This document shows, piece after piece, positions 8,644-18,695 of a stretch of 64,000 bases of DNA (position 1 is its first letter; every line of letters starts with the position of its first letter). Under the pieces are notes generated by a model. The model made no database searches, was not told where the DNA came from, and saw nothing but the letters and a program-made list of their open reading frames with translations. The stretch comes from an uncultured Gemmatimonadaceae bacterium (GTDB lineage: Bacteria > Gemmatimonadota > Gemmatimonadetes > Gemmatimonadales > Gemmatimonadaceae). Both the position numbers and the translations under genes were made by a program. The stretch lies in assembly GCA_963790305.1 (NCBI GenBank), contig CAWBOC010000005.1, forward strand, positions 1 to 64,000, read 5' to 3'.

Positions 8644-11211
8644 ATGACCACCTTCTTCCAGGATCTCCGCTACGCTGCCCGCGGGCTCCGCCGCGCGCCC
8701 GGCTTCACGCTCGTCGCCGTCCTGACCCTGGCACTTGGCATCGGCGCCAACGCCGCGATGTTCGGTCTGGTCGACGCGCTCCTCTTCCGCCCGCCGTCCG
8801 GCGTCGCCAATCCCGATCGCGTGGTGCGCGTGCAGATGCAGCTCCCCCCGCCTCCGAACGAGCCAGCGGGAGAGCTCTCATCGGCGATCTCGTATCCGGA
8901 CTTCGTCAACCTCCGCGACAATACGAAGGGATTTGCCGGGGCGGCTGCATTCGCGCCAACGACCGTATCGGTCGGCGAAGGGGTGGATGCACGAAACCAC
9001 AGTGCACTTCTCGTCAGCGGCGATTACTTCCGCCTCCTCGGCGTCCGCGCCGCGCGCGGACGGCTGATCCTTCCCGAAGACGACCGCGAAGGTGCAGCGA
9101 GCCCGGTGGTCGTGCTGAGCTACGATTTCTGGCGACGCACCTTTCCCGGAGATTCGGCAAACGGATCTCTGGGCAAGCCGATGACCATCGCGAACCGCTC
9201 GTTCACGATCGTCGGAGTAGCCCCCAGGCACTTCGTGGGAACCGACCTCGGAACGCCGGCGCTGTGGCTGCCTCTCGGGACCGCGCCGCTGTTCGGCTAC
9301 GACGCGCAAATGACGCGCTCCCGCTTCGTGGCGTGGTTGTCCGTCGTCGGCCGACTCGCCCCCGGAAGCACGCGGGATCAGGCGCGGTCAGCGGCGCAAG
9401 CTGTCATGCTCGCGGCGCGAGACGAGGGTGGGGAGTTGCCGACGCCGGGCGCCCTCGGTGGTCCGATGGGTGGCGAAGTGCGCGTCCAGATCGGCGGCCC
9501 GCCCGGTCCCGGTGGCGACCGCGCGCGCCGTCCGCCGCCGCCGACGGTCCGGTTGTCCGGGCTGGCGGGCTCACGCACCGCCTCCATCGAGCAGCCATTC
9601 CTTCGCGGGCGATCGATGCCGATCTCGCTCTGGTTCCTTGCCATCACCGGCGCCGTGCTCCTCATCGCCTGCGCGAACATCGCCAACCTCATGCTCGCGC
9701 GCACGACGAATCGCGCGCATGAGATCGGGGTCCGACTCTCGCTGGGCGCCACGCGCTGGCGCCTCACGCGCCAACTCCTGACCGAAAGCTTGCTCATCGC
9801 GGTGCTCGGCGGCGCAGCCGGTCTGTGGCTGGCGGTCTTCGGCGCCGATCTCCTTCCGCGCATCGTGCCGCTTCCGCCCCTTCCGCCCTTTCTGGACGCA
9901 CGGGTGCTCGCGTTCACCGCGCTGCTGACGCTCGGCACGACCATGGCCTTCGGTCTCGCGCCAGCCCTTCGTGCGACCCGACCCAATCTCCGGTCATCGT
10001 TAGGTGGCAGCGGTGTCGTCGGAGCTACCCGCTCGCTCGGGCGGCGCGCGCTGGTCGTCGTGCAGCTGGCGGCATCGCTCGTGCTTCTCATCGGCGCCGG
10101 CCTGTTCATCCGGAGTCTTCGCAACGTCAAGGCGATCGATGTCGGCTTTGACACCGACCGGTTGCTCGTCGCGTCGGTGGACGCGCGCGACCGCATGACG
10201 CGCGAGCAGACGGAGGAGTTCTGGCGACGCGCGCTGGATCGCACCCGCGCGCTTCCGGGCGTGCGCTCGGCCGCGCTGGGAATGGCGCCGCCGTTCGAGA
10301 TGAACATCATGATTCTGGTGGAGACGCCAGGGTTCCCGAGCCCCGACGGGCGGCCCCGCGGCGCGCAGCTCGACTTCGCCGGCGCCGGCTATTTCGCTAC
10401 GCTCGGGATCCCGATCCGACAGGGGCGCGCGTTCAACGAGGACGACCGAGCCGGTGGCGCGCGGGTGGCGATCGTCAACGAGACCATGGCACGCCGCATC
10501 TGGGGTGGACAGTCGCCGATCGGGAAGTGCGTGCGCGCGGAGCTGATGGCGCCCGATGCGCCGTGCGCCGAGGTGGTTGGCGTCGTCGCCGACGCGAGAT
10601 ACGCCGACATCACCGCGGACCCAGGGCCGTTCCTCTACCGTCCACTCGCGCAGCGCCCTCGTCAGGCACCACCGATGACGGTCATGTACGTTCGCACCAC
10701 GGACGATCCCACCGCGCTCGCCGGAGCGCTCCGCCGCGAGCTGGAAGGGCTGGATCCGTCTGTGCGATTTGCGGAGGTGCGGCCGCTGACGAATCTGATC
10801 ATGCCGCAGCTTCAGCCGTGGCGTGTAGGGACGATGATCTTTGCGCTGTTCGGGGCTCTCGGGCTGGTGCTGGCGGCGGTCGGGCTGTACGGCGTGCTGT
10901 CGTTCCTCGTCGCACAGCGCACTCGCGAGATCGGTGTGCGCATCGCGTTAGGCGCGCCGTCAGAGAGCATTCTTGGCCTGGTGCTCGGCCAGGGTGGGCG
11001 CCTCATCGCGCTCGGCGTCGTCGTCGGCGTCATCCTCGGGGCCATGGCCACGCAGCTCTTTGCGTCCATGATGTTCGGCGTGAGCCCGCTCGATCCGTTC
11101 GTGTACCTCGCGACCGCGCTCCTAATGGCGACAATTGGGATGGTAGCGGTCTACGTCCCGGCACGCAGGGCGACAAAGGTCGATGCGATGGTGGCGCTGC
11201 GGGCCGACTAA
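8644..11211 (+). CDS. ABC transporter permease, duplicated MacB/FtsX (ADOP-type)
   Basis: QDLRYAARGLRRAPGFT..LALGIGANAA, LLIACANIANL, EIGVRLSLGA, QRTREIGVRIALGA, PARRATKVD. Confidence 0.95.
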   Translation: MTTFFQDLRYAARGLRRAPGFTLVAVLTLALGIGANAAMFGLVDALLFRPPSGVANPDRVVRVQMQLPPPPNEPAGELSSAISYPDFVNLRDNTKGFAGAAAFAPTTVSVGEGVDARNHSALLVSGDYFRLLGVRAARGRLILPEDDREGAASPVVVLSYDFWRRTFPGDSANGSLGKPMTIANRSFTIVGVAPRHFVGTDLGTPALWLPLGTAPLFGYDAQMTRSRFVAWLSVVGRLAPGSTRDQARSAAQAVMLAARDEGGELPTPGALGGPMGGEVRVQIGGPPGPGGDRARRPPPPTVRLSGLAGSRTASIEQPFLRGRSMPISLWFLAITGAVLLIACANIANLMLARTTNRAHEIGVRLSLGATRWRLTRQLLTESLLIAVLGGAAGLWLAVFGADLLPRIVPLPPLPPFLDARVLAFTALLTLGTTMAFGLAPALRATRPNLRSSLGGSGVVGATRSLGRRALVVVQLAASLVLLIGAGLFIRSLRNVKAIDVGFDTDRLLVASVDARDRMTREQTEEFWRRALDRTRALPGVRSAALGMAPPFEMNIMILVETPGFPSPDGRPRGAQLDFAGAGYFATLGIPIRQGRAFNEDDRAGGARVAIVNETMARRIWGGQSPIGKCVRAELMAPDAPCAEVVGVVADARYADITADPGPFLYRPLAQRPRQAPPMTVMYVRTTDDPTALAGALRRELEGLDPSVRFAEVRPLTNLIMPQLQPWRVGTMIFALFGALGLVLAAVGLYGVLSFLVAQRTREIGVRIALGAPSESILGLVLGQGGRLIALGVVVGVILGAMATQLFASMMFGVSPLDPFVYLATALLMATIGMVAVYVPARRATKVDAMVALRAD

Positions 11212-11308
11212 CCTCCTGCAGGCACGGCGGTAAGCAAGGTCTCTGCCTCGCGGCTGGCCCCGAAACCTCGACCCGAGGGCTGCCGTTGGGCAGATTGTAC
11301 CGTAACCA

Positions 11309-11947
11309 ATGCCTGATGCGGCCGACGTGAGCGACGCTATGCGATTGACGGACGACGAGCTCAATGACGTTCTCCAGCGCGCCGAGGAGATTCAGCGGAC
11401 GACGCGGCGCGCCAATCTGATGCAGGGCGAGATCGACGCCGTGATCGAGGCTGGCGAGGGCATCGGACTCACCCGCGCCGCCGTCGAGCGCGCGCTTCGC
11501 GAGCGCCTCGATTTTGCTCCCGCGCCCGTCGTGGGCGACCGCGTCTTCGCGAAATCCGCCGACGGAAAGCTTCACATCGCTGACGTCGTCGCGATCTCGG
11601 GGGACGACATCCGCGTCAGCTTCTTGAAGGGAGGCGAGCAGGTCGTGACGGCCGATGAGGTCAAGCCCTGCTCGTTCGTTCCCGGTCAACGCGTGATGTA
11701 CCACTGGCCCTGGTGGGGGCCGTGGAGCTGCGAGGTCGTCTCGTACCACGCGCCCACGCAATTCCTCATGCTGAGCGATCGCTGGGGATCGACGACGACC
11801 TGCCGCGCGGAGGACGTGTGGCTGGAGCCGAAGAGACAGACCAACGCTCTCACGCCTCGCAAGCGCGCGTACGCGACGCTCGTTGGCTTGAGCGCCGGCT
11901 TTGGCGCGATGGTGGGGGCGCTCATCACTGCGTTGCTCATGCGGTGA
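11309..11947 (+). CDS. Hypothetical membrane-anchored protein with two Tudor/SH3-like repeats
   Basis: VGDRVFAK...VSFLKG and PGQRVMYHW...LSDRWG repeats; C-terminal hydrophobic helix. Confidence 0.7.
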   Translation: MPDAADVSDAMRLTDDELNDVLQRAEEIQRTTRRANLMQGEIDAVIEAGEGIGLTRAAVERALRERLDFAPAPVVGDRVFAKSADGKLHIADVVAISGDDIRVSFLKGGEQVVTADEVKPCSFVPGQRVMYHWPWWGPWSCEVVSYHAPTQFLMLSDRWGSTTTCRAEDVWLEPKRQTNALTPRKRAYATLVGLSAGFGAMVGALITALLMR

Positions 11948-11952
11948 ACGTT

Positions 11953-12034
11953 AGGCGCTAAAGGCGCTAAAGGCGCTGGAGGCGCAAACAACCTCCAGCG
12001 CCTCTAGCGCCTCTAGCAGCCCTCTAGCGCCTTT
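11953..12034. repeat. Palindromic element of AGGCGCTAG-type 9-nt units
   Basis: AGGCGCTAAAGGCGCTAAAGGCGCTGGAGG / CCTCCAGCGCCTCTAGCGCCTCTAGC..CTAGCGCCT between convergent genes. Confidence 0.85.
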
Positions 12035-12037
12035 GCC

Positions 12038-13351
12038 TTACGGCACCGACGCGTCGCACTCCACAGCGAGCGGGTTGTTCAGCTCCTCGAACGGGATCGG
12101 CAAGCTCACGTCGTTGCCGTAGTTCCCACCTTGCGAGTACGCACCCGTCGGAAAAACCGAATTGGCCGACCGAGCGTACTGCCTAACCAGCCGGCGCATA
12201 TCCCCGAGCCGGTGCGCCGTCAGCCAGAGCCAGAACGCCCGCTCACGGAACATGAGATCGATCCGGCCCGCCGGCGTGCCGGGATCGGTGAGTGCAGGGA
12301 GCCCCGGCGTGCGAAGCGCGTTGAGCGTGCCGAGCCACGCAGTCGTATTCCCCGCCCTGAGCTGCGCCTCCGCTTCGATCAGCCGCGCTTCCGTTCCACT
12401 GGCGAGCACGACGTCGTTTTCCCGCTCCGGATACTTGAGCTGATGGAACATCGGTGTCACGCCATCGAAGCCGACGCCGTCATCCGGATCGAGCTCGAAC
12501 GTCACCCGGGGATCGGCCGCGGATCGGAAGGGCAGACCTTCCCCGCCCTCACTATCCGCCACCGTCCAACGCCCCTGAATGTTGACGTAGGCGAACACGC
12601 CGTTTTCCTGACGAGCCGTGTTGTCCGAATGCTCGATCTCGAACACGAAATCATCCGGAACGTCAGCCGCGATCGCCGCGGCATCCGCCGGCCGGTCGAG
12701 GTTGAGCAGCGCGCGCGCCTTGCCGACCATCGCCAGATACTGCTCCGGCGAGTCGGCGTCCGACGCGGCGATCGCCGCATCGAACCGCTCGATCGCCTCC
12801 GTGAACAGCTCCTGCGTCGAGAGCGGTGGACCGAACTCCGTACCGCCAGCATCGGTCAGCGTGCTCACCGGTACGCCCGAGCAGAAATTCTCGCCTAACA
12901 GGATGTAGCTGTACGCCGCGATCGCCAGGGAGAGCGCGTGCCCCGACGTGTTCGGAGCAAACTCCTGATGACGCCTTGCGGAAAGCTCCGCCGCGGCACG
13001 CGCCCGGTGAACGTAACTGTACGCCGTGTTGAGCGTGGTGTTGACGTTGTCGATGTCGCGGCGGTCGATCGGAACGCGCGTCGGAAAGCTCTCGGCAATC
13101 TCGAACTCGTCCGCCAGCAGTCCTCCCAGATTGACGAGCCCCTCGGTCACGCCGGCGTTGTCACCGCTGTACGCGAGCTGAAAATCCCCGAACGCACCGG
13201 CGAGCAGCACCGGCAGCGCGTCTTCGCCCGTCAGCGAGCCCGGGGTCGCCACATCCGGATCATCCACGTCCAGCAGGTCACCGAAATTGCACGCCGACGC
13301 CGCCACGATCATCCCGACGCCGAGCACCGTTGACTTCAAGAAGTTTTTCAT
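12038..13351 (-). CDS. susD: RagB/SusD family nutrient-uptake lipoprotein
   Basis: ASAC lipobox; EARLIEAEA, LNALR, ERAFWLWLTAHRLGDMRR, LPIPFEE; directly follows the SusC-like gene. Confidence 0.88.
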   Translation of the reverse strand: MKNFLKSTVLGVGMIVAASACNFGDLLDVDDPDVATPGSLTGEDALPVLLAGAFGDFQLAYSGDNAGVTEGLVNLGGLLADEFEIAESFPTRVPIDRRDIDNVNTTLNTAYSYVHRARAAAELSARRHQEFAPNTSGHALSLAIAAYSYILLGENFCSGVPVSTLTDAGGTEFGPPLSTQELFTEAIERFDAAIAASDADSPEQYLAMVGKARALLNLDRPADAAAIAADVPDDFVFEIEHSDNTARQENGVFAYVNIQGRWTVADSEGGEGLPFRSAADPRVTFELDPDDGVGFDGVTPMFHQLKYPERENDVVLASGTEARLIEAEAQLRAGNTTAWLGTLNALRTPGLPALTDPGTPAGRIDLMFRERAFWLWLTAHRLGDMRRLVRQYARSANSVFPTGAYSQGGNYGNDVSLPIPFEELNNPLAVECDASVP

Positions 13352-13354
13352 GGC

Positions 13355-16300
13355 TCACCACCCCACGTTGACGCGAGCCGTGAAGTAGCGCACCTGTGGC
13401 TGCGTGTTGAATTCGTCGGTGCTGAAATTCGTGTTCGCCGCGTTCTCGTTGGCCTCCGGATCGAAGCCGGTGTAGTCCGTCCACGTCTTGAGGTTCCGGC
13501 CGGCGAGCGTCAGGCTGACCGACGCAACGCCCATGCGACCCGCCCACCGCTCGGGCGCGTTGAGCGTGACGGCCAGCTCGCGGAACTTCACGAAATCCGC
13601 GTCCTCGACGAATCCCGCTTCGGTGCCGAGCAGCGTTGCCATTGCCCGTGCCTGCTCCTCCAGCGGCGCTGACGCGTCCTGAAGTCCCCGGCACGTCTGG
13701 GTGAAGTTGCAGCGGAACCGCTCGGTCAGGTTGAGCAGCTTGTGTCCCCCGCGGTACTCGAACAGTCCGGAAACGCGCACGTACTTGAACAGCGTCAGGT
13801 CTGGCGTCACCGACAGCATCCGCTTCGGGAAGGGCGTGCCGAGGCCGACTGGCTCATCCGCGACGATCACCTCATCCATGGAGATCAGGCGGTCGCCATT
13901 CGCGTCGCTGAACGTGTATGGCGCCTGGTAGTAGGAGCCCGGGGGCAACCCCTCCTTGTGAATCTGGAAGTCGGAGTTGACCGGGATCGGCTCGATCCCT
14001 TCTCCGAGCTCGAGGATCTTGCTGTTGGCGGTGGTGCCGTTGAGGGTCAGATCGAAGCTGGCGTTAGGCATGTCGAACACCTTCGCCTTGAGCAGCATCT
14101 CGAAGCCGTGGTTTCTCACCCGCCCAATGTTCTCGAGCCGGAATGCCGTCGCCCCGAGTGATCCCGGAAGATCGCGCGCGATGAGCGCATCGTACGTCGT
14201 CTTGTGATAGCGGGTCAGCTCGAGGGCCAACCGGTCGCCCAGGAATCCCACGTCCAGGCCGAATTCGTACTCTTTCGATTTCTCCGGCTTGAGCAGCGCG
14301 TTGCCGGCGCCGAAGCCCGTGGCTTCGCTTCCAATCGTGACGCCCGGAACGTCGACATCGTTGAGCATCACCGACACGGGCGAGAAGAACTTCGCCGCAT
14401 CGCGAAAGGCGGGGCGCTGTCCCGATTCGCCGTAGGCGGCGCGGACCCTGAAGGCGCTGAGAACGCTGATCTGCGGAAAGAATGGCTCCTCACCAACGAC
14501 CCACGAGAGACTCGCGGCCGGGTAATTCACGTAGCCAAAATCCTGGCCGAACGCGCTGTTGTCGTCGCCGCGAAGAGCCAGTGTGACGAACAGCCGGTCG
14601 CGCCAGGCGACTTGCTGCTGGATGTACGTCCCGACGGTCACGTTCTCGGTGTTGTCCTCATCCACCGCGAACAGCGACGTCACGCCCTCGAGTGAGCCGA
14701 CGCCGGGAAGGAGGTTCTGGCCGAAGGCTTCCGTCGAGCGGAGCACTTCGCGCACGTATTGGCCTCCCACGGTGGTCGTCGAACGAATCGTCGGTCGCAG
14801 ATCGAACCCGCCGGTGAAGCTGAGATTCGCCGTGTACGCGAAGTCCTGATACCGCTCGGATTGGCGAAATCCGCCCTCCAGCCCGAACGCGGTGATCTTG
14901 TTTGCCGCCAGGAGGTCGTGGTCGAAGCGATTCACGACGTCGAGACCGGCGCTTCCCGCTCCGGAAAGCCAGGAGAGCGGGCGCCAATTGGAGCTGACCG
15001 AGCCCGTGAACCGCTCGACATCCTGTCGCGTTCTGAACTGCTGCGACTGGTCGGCGGTGATCGCGAAGTACCCGCGATTGGTGGGGTTGTCGAACGCGCT
15101 TCCCAGCAGGCCGCCGCCGAGCAGACCGAGTGCGTTGTTGTCGTTCTGCGGGAGGCGAACGCGGTTCGAGACGTATCCGGCGTTGGCGGTGAGCTCCAGA
15201 TCGTCGCGCAACCGCCCGAAGACGTTGGCGCGCAGTCCGACCTTACGAGTGGTGTTCGCATCGAAGACGCCTTGCTGGCGCTCGAAGTCGCCGCTCACGA
15301 AATAGGTCACGGCTTCTCCGCCGCCGGTCACGTTGAGACCGTAGTCCTGCCGCCATCCGTCGATGAACGGAGACGCATCCGAGAGAAGCGGCGAGTATTT
15401 CGCCAACGAGTCCTGGCGAATGACGCAGAGACCGTCCGTGCGGTTCGCGATGTTGCAGTTCGTCGTGCGCGTCGTGCCGTCCGCCCGCGGCGTCGTCAGA
15501 TCGCCGATCTGGCGATAGTTGAAGGGAAAGTCCGACACCTCCGTGATCGTGCCGTTCTCGGCATAGAGCGAGAAGCGCGTCTTCCCCGGCCGGCCACGCT
15601 TGGTGGTGACCTGAATGACGCCGTTCGCGGCTGCCGTTCCATAGAGCGCAGCGGCCGCGGGGCCCTTGATGACCTCGATGTTCTCGATCTCATCGGGATT
15701 GAGGTCATCGAGGCGCGACGGGAGCATGCCTCCTACGCCGATTCCCGAGGCGACGGTGTTGTTGACGCGAACGCCGTCGATGATCAACAGCGGATCATTC
15801 GCCAGCGAGATGCTGTTGGTGCCGCGAATCCGTATCCTGGTGCCCGACCCGAGGGTGCCGCTGGTGAGCTGGACCGCCACACCGGGCGCGCGCCCCGTCA
15901 GGACCTGGGAGAAGTTGGTGATCGGTGCCAGGTCGAGCGCATCCACCGCGATCGTACTCGTGATGGCGCCGCTCTCACGCTTGCGCTGTGTCTCGCCGGT
16001 GGCGGTAATGACCACCTGATCGAGGTTGACGGCGGCGGTGCCGAGCGCAAAATCGACGGTGGCCGTTTGACCAGCCGCGACGATCACCGTTTGCGTCAAG
16101 CTCTGATAGCCGAGGCGCAGCGCGCGCAGCTGCCTGGAGCCGGCCGTCACGCGAGTGATGCGAAACTCTCCCCGCTCGTCGGTGACCGCGCCAACCTGCG
16201 TGCCTACGACGACGACCTGCGCGCTCGCGATTGGCTGCTGCGTGTCCCGGTCGATGACTCGGCCCGAGATGGCGCCGCTCTGTTCCTGCGCGAACAGCGC

Positions 16301-16360
16301 GCCAGGAAGGAGCAAGACAAGAGACGTCACCCTCATCCACTGACGATGCAATCGAACCAT
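13355..16360 (-). CDS. susC: SusC/RagA family TonB-linked outer membrane protein
   Basis: Carboxypeptidase-regulatory-like N-domain; IRIRGTNSIS..PLLIIDGV, IENIEVIKGPAAAALYGTAAANGVIQVTTKRG, LKPEKSKE, C-terminal W. Confidence 0.95.
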   Translation of the reverse strand: MVRLHRQWMRVTSLVLLLPGALFAQEQSGAISGRVIDRDTQQPIASAQVVVVGTQVGAVTDERGEFRITRVTAGSRQLRALRLGYQSLTQTVIVAAGQTATVDFALGTAAVNLDQVVITATGETQRKRESGAITSTIAVDALDLAPITNFSQVLTGRAPGVAVQLTSGTLGSGTRIRIRGTNSISLANDPLLIIDGVRVNNTVASGIGVGGMLPSRLDDLNPDEIENIEVIKGPAAAALYGTAAANGVIQVTTKRGRPGKTRFSLYAENGTITEVSDFPFNYRQIGDLTTPRADGTTRTTNCNIANRTDGLCVIRQDSLAKYSPLLSDASPFIDGWRQDYGLNVTGGGEAVTYFVSGDFERQQGVFDANTTRKVGLRANVFGRLRDDLELTANAGYVSNRVRLPQNDNNALGLLGGGLLGSAFDNPTNRGYFAITADQSQQFRTRQDVERFTGSVSSNWRPLSWLSGAGSAGLDVVNRFDHDLLAANKITAFGLEGGFRQSERYQDFAYTANLSFTGGFDLRPTIRSTTTVGGQYVREVLRSTEAFGQNLLPGVGSLEGVTSLFAVDEDNTENVTVGTYIQQQVAWRDRLFVTLALRGDDNSAFGQDFGYVNYPAASLSWVVGEEPFFPQISVLSAFRVRAAYGESGQRPAFRDAAKFFSPVSVMLNDVDVPGVTIGSEATGFGAGNALLKPEKSKEYEFGLDVGFLGDRLALELTRYHKTTYDALIARDLPGSLGATAFRLENIGRVRNHGFEMLLKAKVFDMPNASFDLTLNGTTANSKILELGEGIEPIPVNSDFQIHKEGLPPGSYYQAPYTFSDANGDRLISMDEVIVADEPVGLGTPFPKRMLSVTPDLTLFKYVRVSGLFEYRGGHKLLNLTERFRCNFTQTCRGLQDASAPLEEQARAMATLLGTEAGFVEDADFVKFRELAVTLNAPERWAGRMGVASVSLTLAGRNLKTWTDYTGFDPEANENAANTNFSTDEFNTQPQVRYFTARVNVGW

Positions 16361-16539
16361 GTCCCTGCCTCCGCGTTGCGATTGTGGGTATGAGCTGCCG
16401 AGAGGCGCGCCGGCGAGGCAGCGCCTTTACCCGAATCGCGACGTTTGAGGCGGGGATGGAAAAAGACAACGAAGTTGTGATGAATGCCGCTCGGCAGGGA
16501 CGAGAGGACCGCGGGCGGGGACGGTTGACACGAGCCTAA

Positions 16540-16565
16540 CATTCCGCATTCCGCATTCCGCATTC
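16540..16565. repeat. Short 7-nt tandem repeat (CATTCCG)x3+
   Basis: cattccgcattccgcattccgcattc immediately downstream of the stop of the minus-strand gene ending at 16567. Confidence 0.75.
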
Positions 16566-16566
16566 T

Positions 16567-17968
16567 CTACAACGTCACGGTCGCATTCAGCGTGATGAAG
16601 ACCTCACCCGGCCTCACGTCGACCTTGGCCCCCGTGCACTCGAGCTGCAGGCCCCTGGTGTCGATGGTGACGCGGTCGCCGTCGTGCGAGACGACAGGGC
16701 TCACCGGCCCGGCGATGATCGCGCGCCGCACGCCATTGAACAGAGGATGCGGCCCCAATCCCTCCGTCAGTGCCACCATGTCGACGGAGCCCTCGTCGAT
16801 CGCGGTCAGCCGGCACCGGTTGTTCTCGAGGTTCAGGAATCGGGTGTGAAGCAGCCCACCATTGACGCGCTCGATGTTGAGCGGGTCGAAGCCGCGCGCT
16901 CGAAGTGGCTGACCTCCGAACGCGATCACGGTGACGCGCCATCCCCTGGCGGAGTCGAATGCCTTACGCCGCCCGACGCGACTCGTGGCGACGGCCCCCG
17001 CGTCGCGGCGGGCCACCTCGATGATCTGCCCCACTTGAGTCTCTGGCAGTGCGCAGCCTTCAGGAGGTGACTCGGCCGCCCCAACAAGAGCGCCGGCAAG
17101 CACCTCGTCCAGCCACTGGTGCTCGTGCGCCTCGAGCGAGTGCTGCCACTGGGGACGAATGCCATCGAGCAGGAAGGCGATCCCGGCCCCGATGGCATAG
17201 CTTCGCAGGCGCACGTCGACGGCGGTGAACTCTCCGACCGGAATCTCGACGGTCGTGCGGCCTAACGCGCTGCGCTCGACGTAGGTCGCCAGCCCCTCGT
17301 TGAGCTCGGTGCCGCGCTCGTAGGCGGAGAAGGCCGAGTCCATCGCCGCGAAGCGCTTCGTGCGGTAATCGATCGTGAGGCGGCCCAGACACGCGGCGCG
17401 AGAAGGCTTGGCGGCGGCGAGCGCCTGGCGCAGCGCTTCGCTCTCGAGCCGCCGGAGCGCGAGAAGGTTGGCGTCGTCGACCGGGTAGACGAAGAGATCT
17501 CCCTCGTTCGCTTGCCAATCCGGATGATGCTTCCGCTGAAAGACGTGAAACGCCTCATGAATGGCGGTGGCGGCGAGCCCTCGCGCCGAGTCCGCCCCGC
17601 GCGCTCCGTCGACGAGGAGCGTTGCGGTCGGGACGCCGCCGATGTCGGCGCTCGAGTTCGCCGTGACGGCTGGGTGTCGCCCTTCGCGAACGTGAGACCT
17701 GATCGACGAGATCGAGGACGGCTGAAAGTCCGAGGGAGGACTCGGGTGCCCGAAAAGCCATGTGCTCTTTCCATCATCAGATGGCGAGCGGGATCGCGAG
17801 TGGGTCGAAGCCCGGCCAGAAGCTGCGAGTGGCCGCGATGCGCTCGACTTCTCGCGCTGCGGCCAGGGCGCCGGCCGGCTGAGCGGGGAGCGACGCCGTC
17901 AACGACCCGCTCACAACCGCGACGATGAATATTGTTCTCACGGTAGCGAAGCTTGGCGGAGGGGGCAC
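16567..17968 (-). pseudogene. Secreted putative zinc metallopeptidase (HExxH); one frameshift at ~17778
   Basis: Signal peptide..FWPGFDPLAIPLAI then +1 base; reading continues YDGKSTWLFGHP..AIHEAFHVFQ..ELNEGLATYVE in frame with ORF 16567-17343. Confidence 0.7.
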
Positions 17969-18028
17969 GGCGAATCAACTGTGTGGTCCGTTGCATGAGG
18001 CCGACCCCTTGGTCGGCCACTTCCGGTT

Positions 18029-18168
18029 AAGTCGGACAAAATCCGATTCATCTTCACAAGCGGCGCAGGTCGGACAAAATCCGACTCATCTTCAGCAGGC
18101 GGCGCAAGTCGGACAAAATCCGATTCATCTTCAGCAGGCGGCGCAAGTCGGACAAAATCCGATTCATC
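18029..18168. repeat. Tandem array of 38-39-bp units (3.6 copies), each with a TCGGA-CAAAA-TCCGA hairpin
   Basis: Units start at 18029, 18067, 18106 and 18145; consensus AAGTCGGACAAAATCCGATTCATCTTCAGCAGGCGGCGC. Confidence 0.92.
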
Positions 18169-18219
18169 GCGCGGAGCCGCGATGACATACCCTCGACATC
18201 GCTCACCCATGATTCGGTC

Positions 18220-18477
18220 ATGCTTCAACAACCGAAAAGCTCCCGACTCGTCGCCCGCTTTTCCGTGCGCCTGCGACGCGAAGGCGGCTCGCTCAGCGTC
18301 ACAATCCCACGCTACATTGTCCGGCACTGGAAGCTCGAACCAGGCATGCGGCTCGTTGTGCGCTCCACGAAGCACGGTATCCTTCTCTACCCGCGCTACT
18401 TCCTTCCCTATTCAAGCTGGCGCAGACGGGAACAAGAGCGCGATCCCGACCGAGCCGGGCCTGGCAATTGCGACTAG
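18220..18477 (+). CDS. AbrB/MazE/SpoVT-family DNA-binding protein
   Basis: RLRREGGSLSVTIPRYIVRHWKLEPGMRLVVRSTKHGILLYP matches the swapped-hairpin pattern. Confidence 0.75.
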   Translation: MLQQPKSSRLVARFSVRLRREGGSLSVTIPRYIVRHWKLEPGMRLVVRSTKHGILLYPRYFLPYSSWRRREQERDPDRAGPGNCD

Positions 18478-18501
18478 CCATCACAAATAGCGGAGGATCT
18501 C

Positions 18502-18687
18502 ATGGCCGAGGAAAGACGAAAAGGCGCGCCCGACCGCCGACGCAGCCGCGCCACGAAGGCCCAGCAGGCTGGCGAACAGGTTCAGGCAAACGAGGAGGCG
18601 CGCGCCAGAAATCCTAACGAGGCCGCCGACGAGCTCGACGAGTCGATCCGCGCCCGCCAGCACGAAGACCGGGGTGAAGTCTTCTAG
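18502..18687 (+). CDS. Small hydrophilic hypothetical protein
   Basis: GGAGG RBS upstream of ATG; codon usage typical of the window; fills the gap between neighbours. Confidence 0.6.
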   Translation: MAEERRKGAPDRRRSRATKAQQAGEQVQANEEARARNPNEAADELDESIRARQHEDRGEVF

Positions 18688-18695
18688 ACGAGTCC

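Noticed and set aside
14759..16393. Long antisense or alternate-frame ORFs (also 4033-5307, 37042-39616, 58747-60420 and many others)
   Set aside because: Shadow ORFs expected in high-GC DNA opposite well-supported genes; no recognisable motifs.
11950..16540. Integron attC sites suggested by GTTAGGC/GCCTAAC cores
   Set aside because: Cores are not paired as RYYYAAC...GTTRRRY hairpins after genes, most copies are inside CDS, and no integrase is present. Treated instead as an over-represented motif.
18029..18168. CRISPR array
   Set aside because: The intervening 14-15-nt segments are nearly identical rather than unique spacers, they are too short, and there are no cas genes in the window.
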